Of a stretch of 64,000 nt of DNA, positions 37,566 to 48,143 are shown one piece after another. The notes under the pieces were generated by a model that was not told where the DNA came from, did no database searches, and worked only from the letters and a program-made list of their open reading frames with translations. How positions within the stretch are numbered: the stretch's first letter is position 1; every line of letters starts with the position of its first letter. Made by a program: the position numbers and the translations under genes. Source of the DNA: Planctomycetota bacterium. GTDB lineage: Bacteria > Planctomycetota > Planctomycetia > JALXBF01. Location: NCBI GenBank assembly GCA_026991575.1, contig JALXBF010000006.1, positions 6,402 through 70,401 on the forward strand, written 5' to 3'.

Positions 37566-39305
37566 TCAGTCCCCCTGCGTTCCGGCAGCCTCCTCCAGGG
37601 CAATCCGCAGCCGTACTAGCCCGGCCTGCACGTCGGGACCGAGGTTCAGCCACAGGACCGGCCGTCCGACATCGGCCAGCGCGAGCACATCGCCGTAGGC
37701 CTGCGCCTCTTTGAGCACCCCGAACGAATAGTTCGTACCCGGCACCGGGATGTCCTCGCGGTCCTCTGCCGAAATAAACAGGAACACCCCTTCGGGCGGC
37801 CCCCCTTTGTGAAGCTGCCCGGTCGAGTGCAGGTACCGGGGGCCGTAGCCCAAGGGCACGGCACACCGAGCGGCAGATCGGATGATGCGGCGGATCCAGC
37901 GGAGTTCGGCGGCCGTTTCGCCGTTTTCAGGGATGAACGCATTCACCGCCACGAAGCCCTTCAGCGTGCGGGCCGTGTGCATGAGCGTCTGAAGGGCGGC
38001 CGTCAGGCCGGCGTCACGCAGGGCGCGCCCTACAGCAGAGTCGGCGTCGGGCACAAAGCAGCGCAAGTCCTCACCCTGGCGAAGCCATTGCGGTCGCGGG
38101 AGTACACCGCGATCTGCATACTCGCTCAGCAGGGCACGCGTCTTCTGCTTCGTCGCCTCAACGTTCGGTTGGTCGAACGGGTGCACGCCAAGCAGGACAC
38201 TCGCGATCGCCGTTGCAACCTCCCAGTGGTACATCCAGCCAGCCAGTGCCGCCGGACCACGTAGCTCAATGGTGACCGCCGGCGCACCGGCGGCACGCAG
38301 CGCCGCAACCGCGTCGTCCTGTTCCGGATCCGGGCGCGCCTGGTCGCGGATATACACAAACAGCCGGTCGTCGCCATAATCGTCGGGCGGTCCCAGTGGC
38401 TCGCCCGCCACGGGCACGATCCCGCGACCGTCTTTGCCGGTCGATTCGGCGACGAGCTGTTCGATCCACAGTTCGATCGCCGCCACGCTCGGGGATGCTA
38501 CGAGCGTCAGTTTGTCGGCGCCCTCCAGGGTCGCACGGCCCAAGATAGCACCAAGGACCAGCCCCATGTTTGTCTCGGGCGAATCGGACTGGTCCGCCTG
38601 CTCAGCAGCCACCGCGCCTGCCAGCAGTTCAGACATCGGTGCGCCGTGGAGGGCACCGGGGACGAGGCCGAACGGACTGAATGCCGAGAACCGTCCGCCC
38701 ACGGCTGGGTCGCCCAACAGCACCGCTCGGAATCGCTCCGTCTCCGCTTGGCGGGCCAGAACGGTGTCCGGGTCTGTGATGGCGATCATGCGCCGGTAGA
38801 CGGCGTTGCCTTCGCCCAATGCGTCGCGCAGCCTGGCTTCAAACAGCGACGCCAACGCCGTGGTCTCGGCCGTCGTGCCCGACTTAGACGAGATGATCAC
38901 CCACGTCCTGGACCAGTCCACGTCGCGCGTTAGCCGCCGAATTTGGCCGGGCACGGTCGAATCGACCACCCGCAGTCGCGGCTCGTCGCCTTCGCAGAAG
39001 GTGCGTTGCCATAGCAACGGGCATAGGCTCGAGCCCCCCATGCCCGCCAGCAACACCGTCTGGATCTGCTCTTGCCGTGCCTCGTCACGGAGCCGAAGCC
39101 AGGCGGGCAGGTCCGTCCGGTAGCGTGACGGCGCATCGAGCCAACCGAGCCAGCGGTGCTCGTCGCGACCGGTCCACAGCGTTGCATCCCGCTGCCAGAG
39201 CCGTTTGATCCACCGTTCCGTGGCCGCGCGGGCTAAGTCCGCCTCGATCTGTCGGCTCCAGGGGAGTTGCCCGATCTGATCCAACAAATGCTTTGTTGCC
39301 GTCAT
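37566..39305 (-). CDS. pgi: Glucose-6-phosphate isomerase (type resembling the Pgi half of Tal-Pgi fusions)
   Basis: WLGWL, GMGGSSL, SSKSGTTAET, VGGRFSA, EQLVAESTGK, PFDQPNVEATK, PRYLHSTGQLHKGGP. Start at ATG 39305. Confidence 0.88.
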   Translation of the reverse strand: MTATKHLLDQIGQLPWSRQIEADLARAATERWIKRLWQRDATLWTGRDEHRWLGWLDAPSRYRTDLPAWLRLRDEARQEQIQTVLLAGMGGSSLCPLLWQRTFCEGDEPRLRVVDSTVPGQIRRLTRDVDWSRTWVIISSKSGTTAETTALASLFEARLRDALGEGNAVYRRMIAITDPDTVLARQAETERFRAVLLGDPAVGGRFSAFSPFGLVPGALHGAPMSELLAGAVAAEQADQSDSPETNMGLVLGAILGRATLEGADKLTLVASPSVAAIELWIEQLVAESTGKDGRGIVPVAGEPLGPPDDYGDDRLFVYIRDQARPDPEQDDAVAALRAAGAPAVTIELRGPAALAGWMYHWEVATAIASVLLGVHPFDQPNVEATKQKTRALLSEYADRGVLPRPQWLRQGEDLRCFVPDADSAVGRALRDAGLTAALQTLMHTARTLKGFVAVNAFIPENGETAAELRWIRRIIRSAARCAVPLGYGPRYLHSTGQLHKGGPPEGVFLFISAEDREDIPVPGTNYSFGVLKEAQAYGDVLALADVGRPVLWLNLGPDVQAGLVRLRIALEEAAGTQGD

Positions 39306-39795
39306 ACCAGTCTCGCGGACGAACCGGACACGATTGTGACGCTGGCGCAACGGTACCAGGGTCAGGTGTGTGAAGTTTGACGCGGCGAGGTAGTGCTCGT
39401 CAAGGCCATGCGTCGCTTTCGGGTTCGATGGAACTCCTGAACGTAGCGTGTGCTGCTGCCAGGTGGGTTCGGATCGCTGCCCCGGGGGTTCGCTTCCCGC
39501 CGATATGCCAGGCGCACCGATGATCCCACCGAGCGGACCCTTCTCTTCCCTGAGTTCGCTTCCCAGCGATAAGCCAGGCGCACGCAGCGCTGTTGCGCGG
39601 GCTCGTCCCCCATTCACGCGGAGATCAAGCATGGGAGCCTTCGATCGCGCAATGAGTCGCTACGCGTGTTCGTCGCCCACTGGGGCGTGTTCGCCGCGGG
39701 AAGCGATCGGCGCTCCTGACAAACGATGGGCGGCGGTCGTGGCCGAGCGGCGGCTCGACCCCCACGCGCGCCGCGAACACCGAAAGCCCCTCTGC

Positions 39796-39824
39796 TTGGA
39801 CCTTCGCGCCAGATGATCTAGAAT
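39796..39824 (+). promoter_or_regulatory. sigma70-type promoter for otsAB
   Basis: TTGGAC (39796-39801) - 17 nt - TAGAAT (39819-39824), followed by GAGGAG RBS and ATG 39864. Confidence 0.6.
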
Positions 39825-39863
39825 ATTCGCATGGCAGGCAGCTCTACCGAACGGTGAGGAGCG

Positions 39864-42092
39864 ATGCAACGACATGCGGACACGGATTTGGTTGTCGTTT
39901 CCAATCGACTGCCAATCACCTTAACGGAAACGCCAAGCGGTTACACGTACAAGCCGAGTGCAGGGGGACTGGCAACAGCGCTTTCCGGGCTGAAGGAAGC
40001 GAATTTTCTCTGGATCGGCTGGCCGGGAGCGGTTGTCGAGGAAGGGGTTCAGAAGCACATTGAGGAAGACCTGCTCCGCGAGCACCGCTGCATGCCGGTG
40101 TTTCTGAGCAACGAGCAGGTCGAGCAGTTCTACAACCGCTTCTGCAACGGGGTCATCTGGCCGCTGTTCCATTACCTGCCTGAGTACACCGACTTCGAGC
40201 TCGTCGGATGGAACTACTACCAGGAGGTAAACGAGCTGTTTGCCAATGCTGTGGCAGAGGTTGCGCCGCCGGATGCGACAATCTGGATCCACGACTACCA
40301 CCTAATGCTGCTGCCACAACTGCTCCGGGAACGGTTGCCCGATGCTCGAATCGGCTTCTTTTTGCACATTCCGTTCCCGTCATCGGAGGTTTACCGGCTG
40401 CTGCCGGTGCGGCGTCAGATTCTGACCGGCCTGCTCGGAGCCGACGTCGTCGGCTTCCACACGTACGACTACGCGCGGCACTTCCGCAGTGCGTGCATGC
40501 GGGTGCTAGGCTACGACGCCAAGCCGGACATGGTCGATGCCGATGGTCGGCCAGTGCAGCTGGTGGTGGCCCCCATTGGGATCGATCCGGATCGGTTTGT
40601 TGAGTTGGCCCGGAGCACGCGCACCCAGATGCGGCTCGAACGGCTGCGCAGCCAGTTTCGCTCGCGTCGCGTGATCCTGGGCGTGGACCGGCTGGACTAC
40701 AGCAAGGGGCTAACGCACAAGCTGCGCGCGTTCGCCCGCTTCCTGCAGCGACATCCTGAATGGCGTAACCGCTGTGTGTTCCTGCAAGTGGCAGTGCCAT
40801 CCAGAACGGGCGTGCAGCGTTACAAGCAGTTGCGGCGCGAAGTGGAAGAGCTCGTCGGGCACGTCAACGGGCTGTACAGCAGCGTGGAGCACACCCCGGT
40901 GCACTTCCTCTTCCAGAACGTCTCCCCCACCACGCTCAGCGCGCTGTATCAGCTCGGCGACGTCTGCTGGGTCAGTTCCATCCGGGACGGCATGAACCTG
41001 GTCTCGCAGGAGTATGTCGTGAGCCAGCTTGAAGGGGACGGGGTGCTCGTTCTCAGCGAGTTTGCCGGCGCCGCCCAGATCCTTGACGGCGCGATCCTCG
41101 TCAACCCATGGAACGTCGACCAGATGGCCGACGCGCTGCGGGAAGCACTGGAGATGCCCATCGAGGAGCGGGAGGCCCGCCTGGCCAGGATGCGCGAGAA
41201 GATCTACAGCAACAGCTCCAAGGCCTGGGCAGAGAAATTCCTCGGCATCATCCGCAAGCATACCGAGGAGGTTCGGGCGGTGCCCGACCGGATCAACTTG
41301 CTCCGCGTGCTGGAAGACCTAACACAGGCATGCGTTCAGGCCGAGAAGCGGTACTTCCTGCTGGACTACGACGGCACCCTGCGTCCGTTTGCCCCGACTC
41401 CCCAAGAGGCCGTGCCCACCCCTCAGGTGCGTGAGCTGCTGAACGCCCTAGCCTCCCTGCCAAACACGTATGTGTATGTCGTCAGTGGTCGGGACCAGGA
41501 GACGCTGGAAAGCTGGCTGGGCGATCTACCCATTGGCCTTTGCGCCGAGCATGGTGTGCTGTTCCGCGACGTCGGCAGTCGTGAGTGGCAACGCCTGGTT
41601 CACGTGTCCACTGACTGGTTCGAGACCGTGCGGCCGATCATGGAAAGTTACGCCCAGATGACTCCAGGGGCGTTGGTCGAGAAGAAGTCCGCGGCGCTGG
41701 CATGGCATTTTCGCCGCTGCGACCCGGACTTTGGTCAGTGGCAAGCCAACGAACTGGCGTTCCATCTGGCCAGTGTCGTCAGTAACCTGCCAGTCGAGGT
41801 GATTCACGGTCACAAGGTCATTGAGGTCCGCGCTCAGGGTGCCAACAAAGGGGCACTGGTACGCCACCTGGAGAAGCGCTGGGAGCGGGACGACTTCATC
41901 TTCGCCATCGGTGACGACGCCACCGACGAGGACATGTTCCAGGCTCTGCAGGGACGTGGCTGGTGCTGTCGGCTCGGCCGAGGACCGTCGGCCGCGGCCT
42001 ACTACTTGGAGCGACAGGCCGACGTGATGCGCGTGCTGAACCACCTGGTGCGCGCCGTGCAGGGCAGTCCGGCCGAGCAAGTTCAGGGCTAA
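39864..42092 (+). CDS. otsAB: Bifunctional trehalose-6-phosphate synthase/phosphatase (GT20 + HAD fusion)
   Basis: SNRLP, WIHDYHL, FLHIPFP, GVDRLDYSKG, RDGMNLV, LSEFAGA; TPP half LDYDGTL and GDDATDEDMF. Confidence 0.95.
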   Translation: MQRHADTDLVVVSNRLPITLTETPSGYTYKPSAGGLATALSGLKEANFLWIGWPGAVVEEGVQKHIEEDLLREHRCMPVFLSNEQVEQFYNRFCNGVIWPLFHYLPEYTDFELVGWNYYQEVNELFANAVAEVAPPDATIWIHDYHLMLLPQLLRERLPDARIGFFLHIPFPSSEVYRLLPVRRQILTGLLGADVVGFHTYDYARHFRSACMRVLGYDAKPDMVDADGRPVQLVVAPIGIDPDRFVELARSTRTQMRLERLRSQFRSRRVILGVDRLDYSKGLTHKLRAFARFLQRHPEWRNRCVFLQVAVPSRTGVQRYKQLRREVEELVGHVNGLYSSVEHTPVHFLFQNVSPTTLSALYQLGDVCWVSSIRDGMNLVSQEYVVSQLEGDGVLVLSEFAGAAQILDGAILVNPWNVDQMADALREALEMPIEEREARLARMREKIYSNSSKAWAEKFLGIIRKHTEEVRAVPDRINLLRVLEDLTQACVQAEKRYFLLDYDGTLRPFAPTPQEAVPTPQVRELLNALASLPNTYVYVVSGRDQETLESWLGDLPIGLCAEHGVLFRDVGSREWQRLVHVSTDWFETVRPIMESYAQMTPGALVEKKSAALAWHFRRCDPDFGQWQANELAFHLASVVSNLPVEVIHGHKVIEVRAQGANKGALVRHLEKRWERDDFIFAIGDDATDEDMFQALQGRGWCCRLGRGPSAAAYYLERQADVMRVLNHLVRAVQGSPAEQVQG

Positions 42093-42216
42093 CCCTGTGT
42101 TGCGCGCGTCCCTCAAAAAGCACGAATCCGCTCACGCAACTGAACCGATAACAAAAGCGAACACACGCCGAGCCAGACGTTCTGACGAAACGCGGCACCG
42201 GATGCAGGGACGCATC

Positions 42217-42504
42217 ATGAAGATTGCGACCGTCGAATGCAGCGATACGGACCAGCTGCGCGAACACGTTCGCCAGACCCTCTGTGCCCGGCAGGAGCTG
42301 CAGCCGGGTGAGTATCCGTTTGTCACGATCCCGATGCACCGCGACGAACAGCGCTGTGGCGAACTGCTCATCCAACACGGCCCCAGGCTGATCCGTCTGC
42401 TGGCGGTCTGGGATCAGACCACAAGCACGGTCCACTACTACGACTGTAACGGCGAGCGGTTTCGCGTCGAACGAATCGTACTCACACCGCGCCGGGCCGC
42501 ATAA
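42217..42504 (+). CDS. Small conserved hypothetical protein (planctomycete-type)
   Basis: CGELLIQHGPRLIRLLAVWD...YYDCNGERF resembles a short protein I recall from planctomycetes; start at ATG 42217 or 42202. Confidence 0.55.
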   Translation: MKIATVECSDTDQLREHVRQTLCARQELQPGEYPFVTIPMHRDEQRCGELLIQHGPRLIRLLAVWDQTTSTVHYYDCNGERFRVERIVLTPRRAA

Positions 42505-42558
42505 CCGGTTACAGCTCGCCGACATTCGCACCCGGTACGCAGGCCTAGTCCATTGCGC

Positions 42559-42592
42559 AAAAAAAACCCCTGGAGACGGTAGCTCCCAGGGG
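42559..42592 (-). terminator. Rho-independent terminator after the desaturase gene
   Basis: CCCCTGG/CCAGGGG stem (42567-42592) followed on the minus strand by T8 (A8 at 42559-42566), 30 nt past the desaturase stop. Confidence 0.8.
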
Positions 42593-42622
42593 GGTAGATT
42601 GCGCTCGAGCCAAAGGGCGTGT

Positions 42623-43642
42623 TCAGTTCGCGGACGCCGCAGCCGCCTCCTGGTCCGCCACCGCCGTTCGGGTCGCTTCCAGCAATTGCCGGCGAGCTTC
42701 TGCGTCGACCGGCGCCAGGCCATCACGACGCTGGCGATCCAGCTTCAGGCCCAGCTCCAGCACCCTCTTGGGCGGCAACCTGAGATCTCGGACCAGCCCC
42801 ACCCAGCTCAACGCCTTGAGGATGTAGTACGTAACGTCGATCTCCCACCAGTAGAAGCCCTGGTTGGCAGAGCTCTGGTAGTAATGATGGTTGTTGTGCC
42901 AGCCTTCGCCCATCGTCAGCAATGCCACGAACAGGTTGTTGCGGCTGTAGTCGGTGGTCTCAAACCGGCGCGAACCGAGCAGGTGGCACACAGAGTTGAC
43001 CATGAAGGTCGTGTGGTACAGGAAGACGGTGCTAACCACGAAGCCCCACACCAGGCCACTCCAGCCGCCGATAAGCCAACACACAACGGCCAGCACGAGG
43101 CCCGGCACCCAGTAGTGCCGATCTAGCCAGCGGAGTTCCGGGTAGCGCGTCAGGTCCTTAACCAGCTCCACCGGCGCCTTCTCGCTGCTTTCGTCCAGGA
43201 TCCACCCGATGTGCGACCACCAGAAGCCTTCCTGGATAGGCGAGTGGACGTCATCGGGCTGATCCGACTCGCGGTGGTGCTTGCGGTGATGGGCAGCCCA
43301 CCAGATCGGGCCCTTCTGCAGGGCACTACAGCCCAGCCAGGCAAGCACGAACTGCATTACCCGGTTGACCTTGAACGCCCGGTGCGCGAAGTAGCGGTGA
43401 TAGCCCCCGGTCAATCCAAAGGTGCGGAGCACCCATGTGGCAAAGAACAGCGTCAGTGCCGTCCCGGTCACCGGCACGAAGAAGACGCTGACCACGGCCA
43501 GGTGTAGTCCCAGGAAAGGCACCGCACCGAGCCATCGGTAGCGTCGTGGTCGCCGCGTACGGCGCGGCTCGGGCCGTCGTTCCGACTGTTCGATGTTTGC
43601 GGGCACAGCCGCTCTGGGCTGCTCCAGTGCTGCACTACTCAC
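42623..43642 (-). CDS. Acyl-CoA (delta-9-type) fatty acid desaturase
   Basis: His boxes HRYFAH, HRKHH and HNNHH; VNSVCH; GGAGG RBS before GTG 43642. Confidence 0.93.
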   Translation of the reverse strand: MSSAALEQPRAAVPANIEQSERRPEPRRTRRPRRYRWLGAVPFLGLHLAVVSVFFVPVTGTALTLFFATWVLRTFGLTGGYHRYFAHRAFKVNRVMQFVLAWLGCSALQKGPIWWAAHHRKHHRESDQPDDVHSPIQEGFWWSHIGWILDESSEKAPVELVKDLTRYPELRWLDRHYWVPGLVLAVVCWLIGGWSGLVWGFVVSTVFLYHTTFMVNSVCHLLGSRRFETTDYSRNNLFVALLTMGEGWHNNHHYYQSSANQGFYWWEIDVTYYILKALSWVGLVRDLRLPPKRVLELGLKLDRQRRDGLAPVDAEARRQLLEATRTAVADQEAAAASAN

Positions 43643-43761
43643 GTCGATCCTCCAACTGTCTGGACCACCGTCCGACCATGTCACTCATGCCAGGCAAGCA
43701 ATGGTAGGTTTGGGCCGGAGCGGAAGTGCTGCAGCGACGTGGAAGCTGTGTAAAAGTTCTG

Positions 43762-44862
43762 TCAACGGTGACCGGCTTCGCCCAGCGTTCGGGCAATCGC
43801 CTCGGCGGTCACGGGTCTGATGACACCCCGGTCGGTGACGATGGCGGTGATCAGCTCCGCCGGGGTGACATCGAAGGCAGGGTTGTACGCTTCGGTGCCG
43901 GCCGGTGCGAACCGAACCCCACGCGGTTCGGTGACTTCCGTAGCGGGCCGCTGCTCTATCGGGATCTCCCGACCGCTACGGAGCTGGAGGTCAAACGTAC
44001 TGTAGGGCGCCGCAACGTAGAAGGGAATAGCATGGTGGCGGGCCAGCACAGCAAGTGAGTAGGTGCCGATCTTATTGGCCGTGTCGCCGTTGGCCGCGAT
44101 CCGGTCCGCCCCCACGATCACCGCCTGGACCTTCCCTTCGCGCATCAGCTGGCCCGCTGCGTTGTCGCAGAGCAGGGTGTGAGGGGTGCCCCATTGGGCA
44201 AGCTCCCAGGTTGTGAGCCGGGCGCCCTGAAGTAACGGCCTGGTCTCGTCGACGTACACGTGCAGCTCGTGGCCGCGGCACCAGGCCGCAACGATCACAC
44301 CCAGAGCAGTGCCGAGTTCGGCAGTGGCCAGACCGCCGGTGTTGCAGTGCGTGAGCACGCCGCCGCGTTTCGGCAGAAGCTCTGCCCCGTGCTGTGCGAT
44401 CCGGTGGCACAGGGCGGCGTCCTCGTCACGCAGCGCTAAGGCCTCGGCGTGCAGAGCCCGGTGCAGGGCAGTGCTGCTGTCCCAGGACCGAGACCGAGCC
44501 ACGGCGCGCATCCGGTCCAGCGCCCAGAAAAGATTCACCGCCGTAGGTCGGGCCGTGGCCAGGTAGTCGATCGTTGCCTGCAGGTGGTACAGATAGTGCT
44601 CCAGCGGGGCGTCGTGCCTCGAGCGTAATTCGGCAACCAGCCCCATGGCCGCCGCAATCCCGATGGCCGGCGCGCCCCGGATGCGTAGCGACCGGATCGC
44701 CTGCCACATCTGTTCGGCAGACTCTATCCGCAGCCGCACCAGCTGGTCCGGCAGCTGGGTCTGGTCGATGATCTCCGGGCAGCCGAACTCATCACCAACC
44801 CAGCGGATGCTGCGTACCGGCGGGTTCTCCAGCAGCCGGCTCCGGCTCGCGGCGTCGCTCAC
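43762..44862 (-). CDS. mtnA: S-methyl-5-thioribose-1-phosphate isomerase
   Basis: DQTQLP, RGAPAIG, RPTAVNL, THCNTGGLAT, DETRPLLQGARLT, GADRIAANGDTANKIGTY. Confidence 0.95.
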   Translation of the reverse strand: MSDAASRSRLLENPPVRSIRWVGDEFGCPEIIDQTQLPDQLVRLRIESAEQMWQAIRSLRIRGAPAIGIAAAMGLVAELRSRHDAPLEHYLYHLQATIDYLATARPTAVNLFWALDRMRAVARSRSWDSSTALHRALHAEALALRDEDAALCHRIAQHGAELLPKRGGVLTHCNTGGLATAELGTALGVIVAAWCRGHELHVYVDETRPLLQGARLTTWELAQWGTPHTLLCDNAAGQLMREGKVQAVIVGADRIAANGDTANKIGTYSLAVLARHHAIPFYVAAPYSTFDLQLRSGREIPIEQRPATEVTEPRGVRFAPAGTEAYNPAFDVTPAELITAIVTDRGVIRPVTAEAIARTLGEAGHR

Positions 44863-45371
44863 GACTCCTCTCCCCGTCGCAGCCGCTGCAGGCGTTCGTC
44901 CTTCTGGCGCACCTGGTCGATCAGCTCACTCTGATAGCTGCGGAGCCGGTCGGCCAGCTGCTCGTCAGCCAGTGCCAGGCAGCGCAATGCGAAGACAGCA
45001 GCATTCGTCGCCCCGGCACGACCGACAGCCATGGTCGCTACCGGAACTCCCCCTGGCATCTGGCAGATCGACAGCAGCGAATCAAGGCCGCCGGCCAGAC
45101 CGGTCTGAACCGGCACGCCGATGACCGGCAGCGTCGTCAGGGCAGCGATCACGCCGGGCAGGTGTGCCGCTCCGCCGGCGGCTGCGATGAACACACGGGC
45201 CCCGTCGTTCTCGGCCGAGCGGACGTAGTCGGCCAACAGATCGGGCGAACGATGAGCGCTAATGACGCGGACGTCGAAGGCTACACCGAAGCGTTCCAGC
45301 AGCCGGCATGCCGGTTCGATCGTCTGCCAGTCGCTGTCGCTACCAACGATGATTCGCACCGGAATGCTCAC
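44859..45371 (-). CDS. purE: N5-carboxyaminoimidazole ribonucleotide mutase
   Basis: [48 protein letters not shown]. Confidence 0.97.
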   Translation of the reverse strand: MSIPVRIIVGSDSDWQTIEPACRLLERFGVAFDVRVISAHRSPDLLADYVRSAENDGARVFIAAAGGAAHLPGVIAALTTLPVIGVPVQTGLAGGLDSLLSICQMPGGVPVATMAVGRAGATNAAVFALRCLALADEQLADRLRSYQSELIDQVRQKDERLQRLRRGEES

Positions 45372-46486
45372 GGCGATCTCTCCGGAAACAGCTCCACGTA
45401 GGGCAAACCAAACGTCTCGGCCACGGCCCGGTTCGTTACCTGGCCGGCATGAATGTTAATGCCGTGGGCAATGCCCGGGTCTTGTGCCGCGGCCTGAAAG
45501 ACACCCTCATTGGCCAGCTTGAGCACGTAGGGCAGCGTGGCGTTGCAGAGCGCGTACGAGCTGGTGCGGCCGACGGCACCAGGCATGTTCGTGACACAGT
45601 AGTGCACGACGTCATCGACGAGATAGGTCGGGTCGGAATGAGTGGTAGGCCGGCTGGTTTCGCAGCAGCCGCCCTGGTCGATGGCCACGTCGACGATGAC
45701 CGCTCCGCTCTTCATCCGTTTCAGATCTTCGCGGCGGACCAGTACCGGCGTCCGGGCCCCCTCCACGAGCACCGCGCCGATCAGTAGGTCCGCAAGCTCA
45801 AGCAGCTCCAGGATCGTGTGCCGATCGCTGTACAGCGTCGTGACGTTCTTGGGCATGATGTCGTCCAGGTAGCGGAGCCGGTCGATGTTGATGTCCAGCA
45901 GGAAGACGTTAGCGCCCAGGCCGGCGGCGATCTTCGCCGCGTTGGCACCCACAACGCCCCCCCCGATGATCACCACATTGGCGGGCATCACGCCGGGAAC
46001 TCCGGCCAGGAGGATACCCCGCCCCAGTTGCGGCCGTTCCAGGTACTTTGCCCCCTCCTGGATGCTCATCCGCCCGGCCACCTCGCTCATGGGCGTCAGC
46101 AGCGGGTGGCCACCGCGCGCGTCGCGGATCGTCTCGTAGGCAACGGCGGTGATCCCTGAGTCGATGATGGCACGGGTCAGGCGTTCGTCGGCCGCAAAGT
46201 GAAAGTAGCAGAACACGGTCTGGCCGGCCCGGAGTAGTGGCCATTCACTGGGCTGTGGCTCCTTGACCTTCACGATCAGATCGGCACGCCGGTAGACCTC
46301 CTCGGCCGACTCACAGATCTCCGCTCCGCAGACGCTGTAGCGGGAGTCAGGAATCCCGGACCCGAGGCCTGCGCCACTCTGGATCAGCACCTCGTGTCCG
46401 GCGCGCTTGAGCTCTTCTGCACCGACGGGCAGCAGAGCAACCCGGTACTCATCCTGCTTGATCTCTCTAGGTACGCCCACGATCAT
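45368..46486 (-). CDS. ald: Alanine dehydrogenase
   Basis: GVPREIKQDEYRVAL, VKVKEP, PMSEVAGR, GGGVVG, DVAIDQGGC, HYCVTNMPGAV. Confidence 0.96.
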   Translation of the reverse strand: MIVGVPREIKQDEYRVALLPVGAEELKRAGHEVLIQSGAGLGSGIPDSRYSVCGAEICESAEEVYRRADLIVKVKEPQPSEWPLLRAGQTVFCYFHFAADERLTRAIIDSGITAVAYETIRDARGGHPLLTPMSEVAGRMSIQEGAKYLERPQLGRGILLAGVPGVMPANVVIIGGGVVGANAAKIAAGLGANVFLLDINIDRLRYLDDIMPKNVTTLYSDRHTILELLELADLLIGAVLVEGARTPVLVRREDLKRMKSGAVIVDVAIDQGGCCETSRPTTHSDPTYLVDDVVHYCVTNMPGAVGRTSSYALCNATLPYVLKLANEGVFQAAAQDPGIAHGINIHAGQVTNRAVAETFGLPYVELFPERSP

Positions 46487-46516
46487 GTTCGAGCTCCCCG
46501 TTTGCGGCCAACGTGC

Positions 46517-47962
46517 TCAGAGAACCGGCGCGGCAAGCCGGCAGACGCTCTCCAGGAACTTGCGGTACATTGGCCTGCGCCGCCAGCTTTCCAGTTCCAG
46601 CGGGGTACACTTGGCCCAGTCCTGATGGAACATGTTGCGAACCCGCTGAATCGTCGGTCGATCATAGAACACCACGCTAATCTCGAAGTTCAAGAGCAGG
46701 CTGCGGTAGTCCAAGTTGGGGCTGCCGACCAGGGCGAAGCTATCGTCTACCACGACCAGCTTCGAATGCAACAGGCCGGGGCGATAGAGGCCGATCGCGA
46801 CGCCACAGTCGGCCAGCTCCTCGTAGTACGACTGAGCCGCCAGAAGCGGCACCCGGTGGGCGCTGATCGACGGCAGCGCAAGCATGACGCGGACGCCTCG
46901 GTGGGCCGCCGCCTTCAGCGCCACCAGAAGTGATTCAGGCGGGACGAAGTAGCAGGTTTCAACGAGGATTTCTGAGTGCGCCGCCGCGAGCACCGCCAAG
47001 AGCAGCTCATGCAGCACCTCCTGCTCCTGGTCCGGCCCGGTGGGGACGACATCAACCAGGGTGTTGCCGGGCATGCCTGGGTCGGGGAAGAGGGCGGTGG
47101 CCGTGAGCTCCTCACCAGTGGAGAACAGCCAGTCCTGGGCAAACACATGCTGAAGCTGCCGAACCGCTGGGCCGCGCACGACCATCATCGTGTCCCGCCA
47201 TTGGCCGAAATGGCGGACCCGGCTGCGGTATTCGTCGCCAATGTTTGCCCCCCCGGTGAAAGCAATCCGGCCGTCGACCACGGTGATCTTGCGGTGCGTG
47301 CGGAAGTTCACGGCCCAGCGTCGCTTCCAGGGGAGCACCGGATGAAACACCGACACCCGGCCACCTGCGTCAAGCAGCGGCTGGAGAAAGCGACGGTTCA
47401 GATGCAAGGAGCCGACAGCGTCGTAGATGAGCCGCACCTGCACGCCCTCCCGTGCCTTGCGCGCCAGGAGGTCGCGCAGCTCGGCACCGGTGCCATCCGG
47501 CTGGTAGATGTAGTACTCCAGGTGAACGTGGTGCCTGGCCTGGTCAATGGCATCGAGCATCATGCGGTACGCGGTGTTGACGTCCGAGTACAGCTGGACC
47601 TCGTTGCCGCGCGTCGCCGGGAACTCGTTCAGCGCTCTCAGGAACCGCAACGCATGGTCGCCGGCACAGCCGGCAGCTACGTCCAGCGATTCGACCTCCG
47701 GATGAGCCAGGAACGAAAGCCGCTCGGACACGTGCCGGGCAGCCTCCCGCCGTTTGCCCTTCCGCTTCTCGATCCGGTTCACGCCAAATACCAGGAAAAA
47801 GAACGCGCCGACGATGGGCACGAGCAGGATGAAGAGGATCCAGGCAGTGGCCGAGACCGGCTGGCGTTTCTTGAAGACCACGTAAGGGATCAGCGCAAGG
47901 GAACCTAGCTCCAGAAGGGTCAGAACCAGTGCCCAGAGATTCGTCCACGACAAGCTTGCCAT
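46517..47962 (-). CDS. cls: Cardiolipin synthase
   Basis: Two N-terminal TM helices (SATAWILFIL); HKD motifs HRKITVVD and HSKLVVVD; GSPNLDYRS. Start at ATG 47962. Confidence 0.92.
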   Translation of the reverse strand: MASLSWTNLWALVLTLLELGSLALIPYVVFKKRQPVSATAWILFILLVPIVGAFFFLVFGVNRIEKRKGKRREAARHVSERLSFLAHPEVESLDVAAGCAGDHALRFLRALNEFPATRGNEVQLYSDVNTAYRMMLDAIDQARHHVHLEYYIYQPDGTGAELRDLLARKAREGVQVRLIYDAVGSLHLNRRFLQPLLDAGGRVSVFHPVLPWKRRWAVNFRTHRKITVVDGRIAFTGGANIGDEYRSRVRHFGQWRDTMMVVRGPAVRQLQHVFAQDWLFSTGEELTATALFPDPGMPGNTLVDVVPTGPDQEQEVLHELLLAVLAAAHSEILVETCYFVPPESLLVALKAAAHRGVRVMLALPSISAHRVPLLAAQSYYEELADCGVAIGLYRPGLLHSKLVVVDDSFALVGSPNLDYRSLLLNFEISVVFYDRPTIQRVRNMFHQDWAKCTPLELESWRRRPMYRKFLESVCRLAAPVL

Positions 47963-48143
47963 GCTGACGTCGGAGGCCCCCTGCAACCAAGAGACTCGTT
48001 CCTTTACATCGTGCCCAATTCTAGTCGCCGAAGCCGGCTGCCGCCCGGTCGCAATGGCCGCGCACGACGGGTACAATCCCCGAGACACAGCCGGCAACCG
48101 CAGGAGCTGACGCGGTAACGACGAGTCAGGAGGTGTAGAACGC

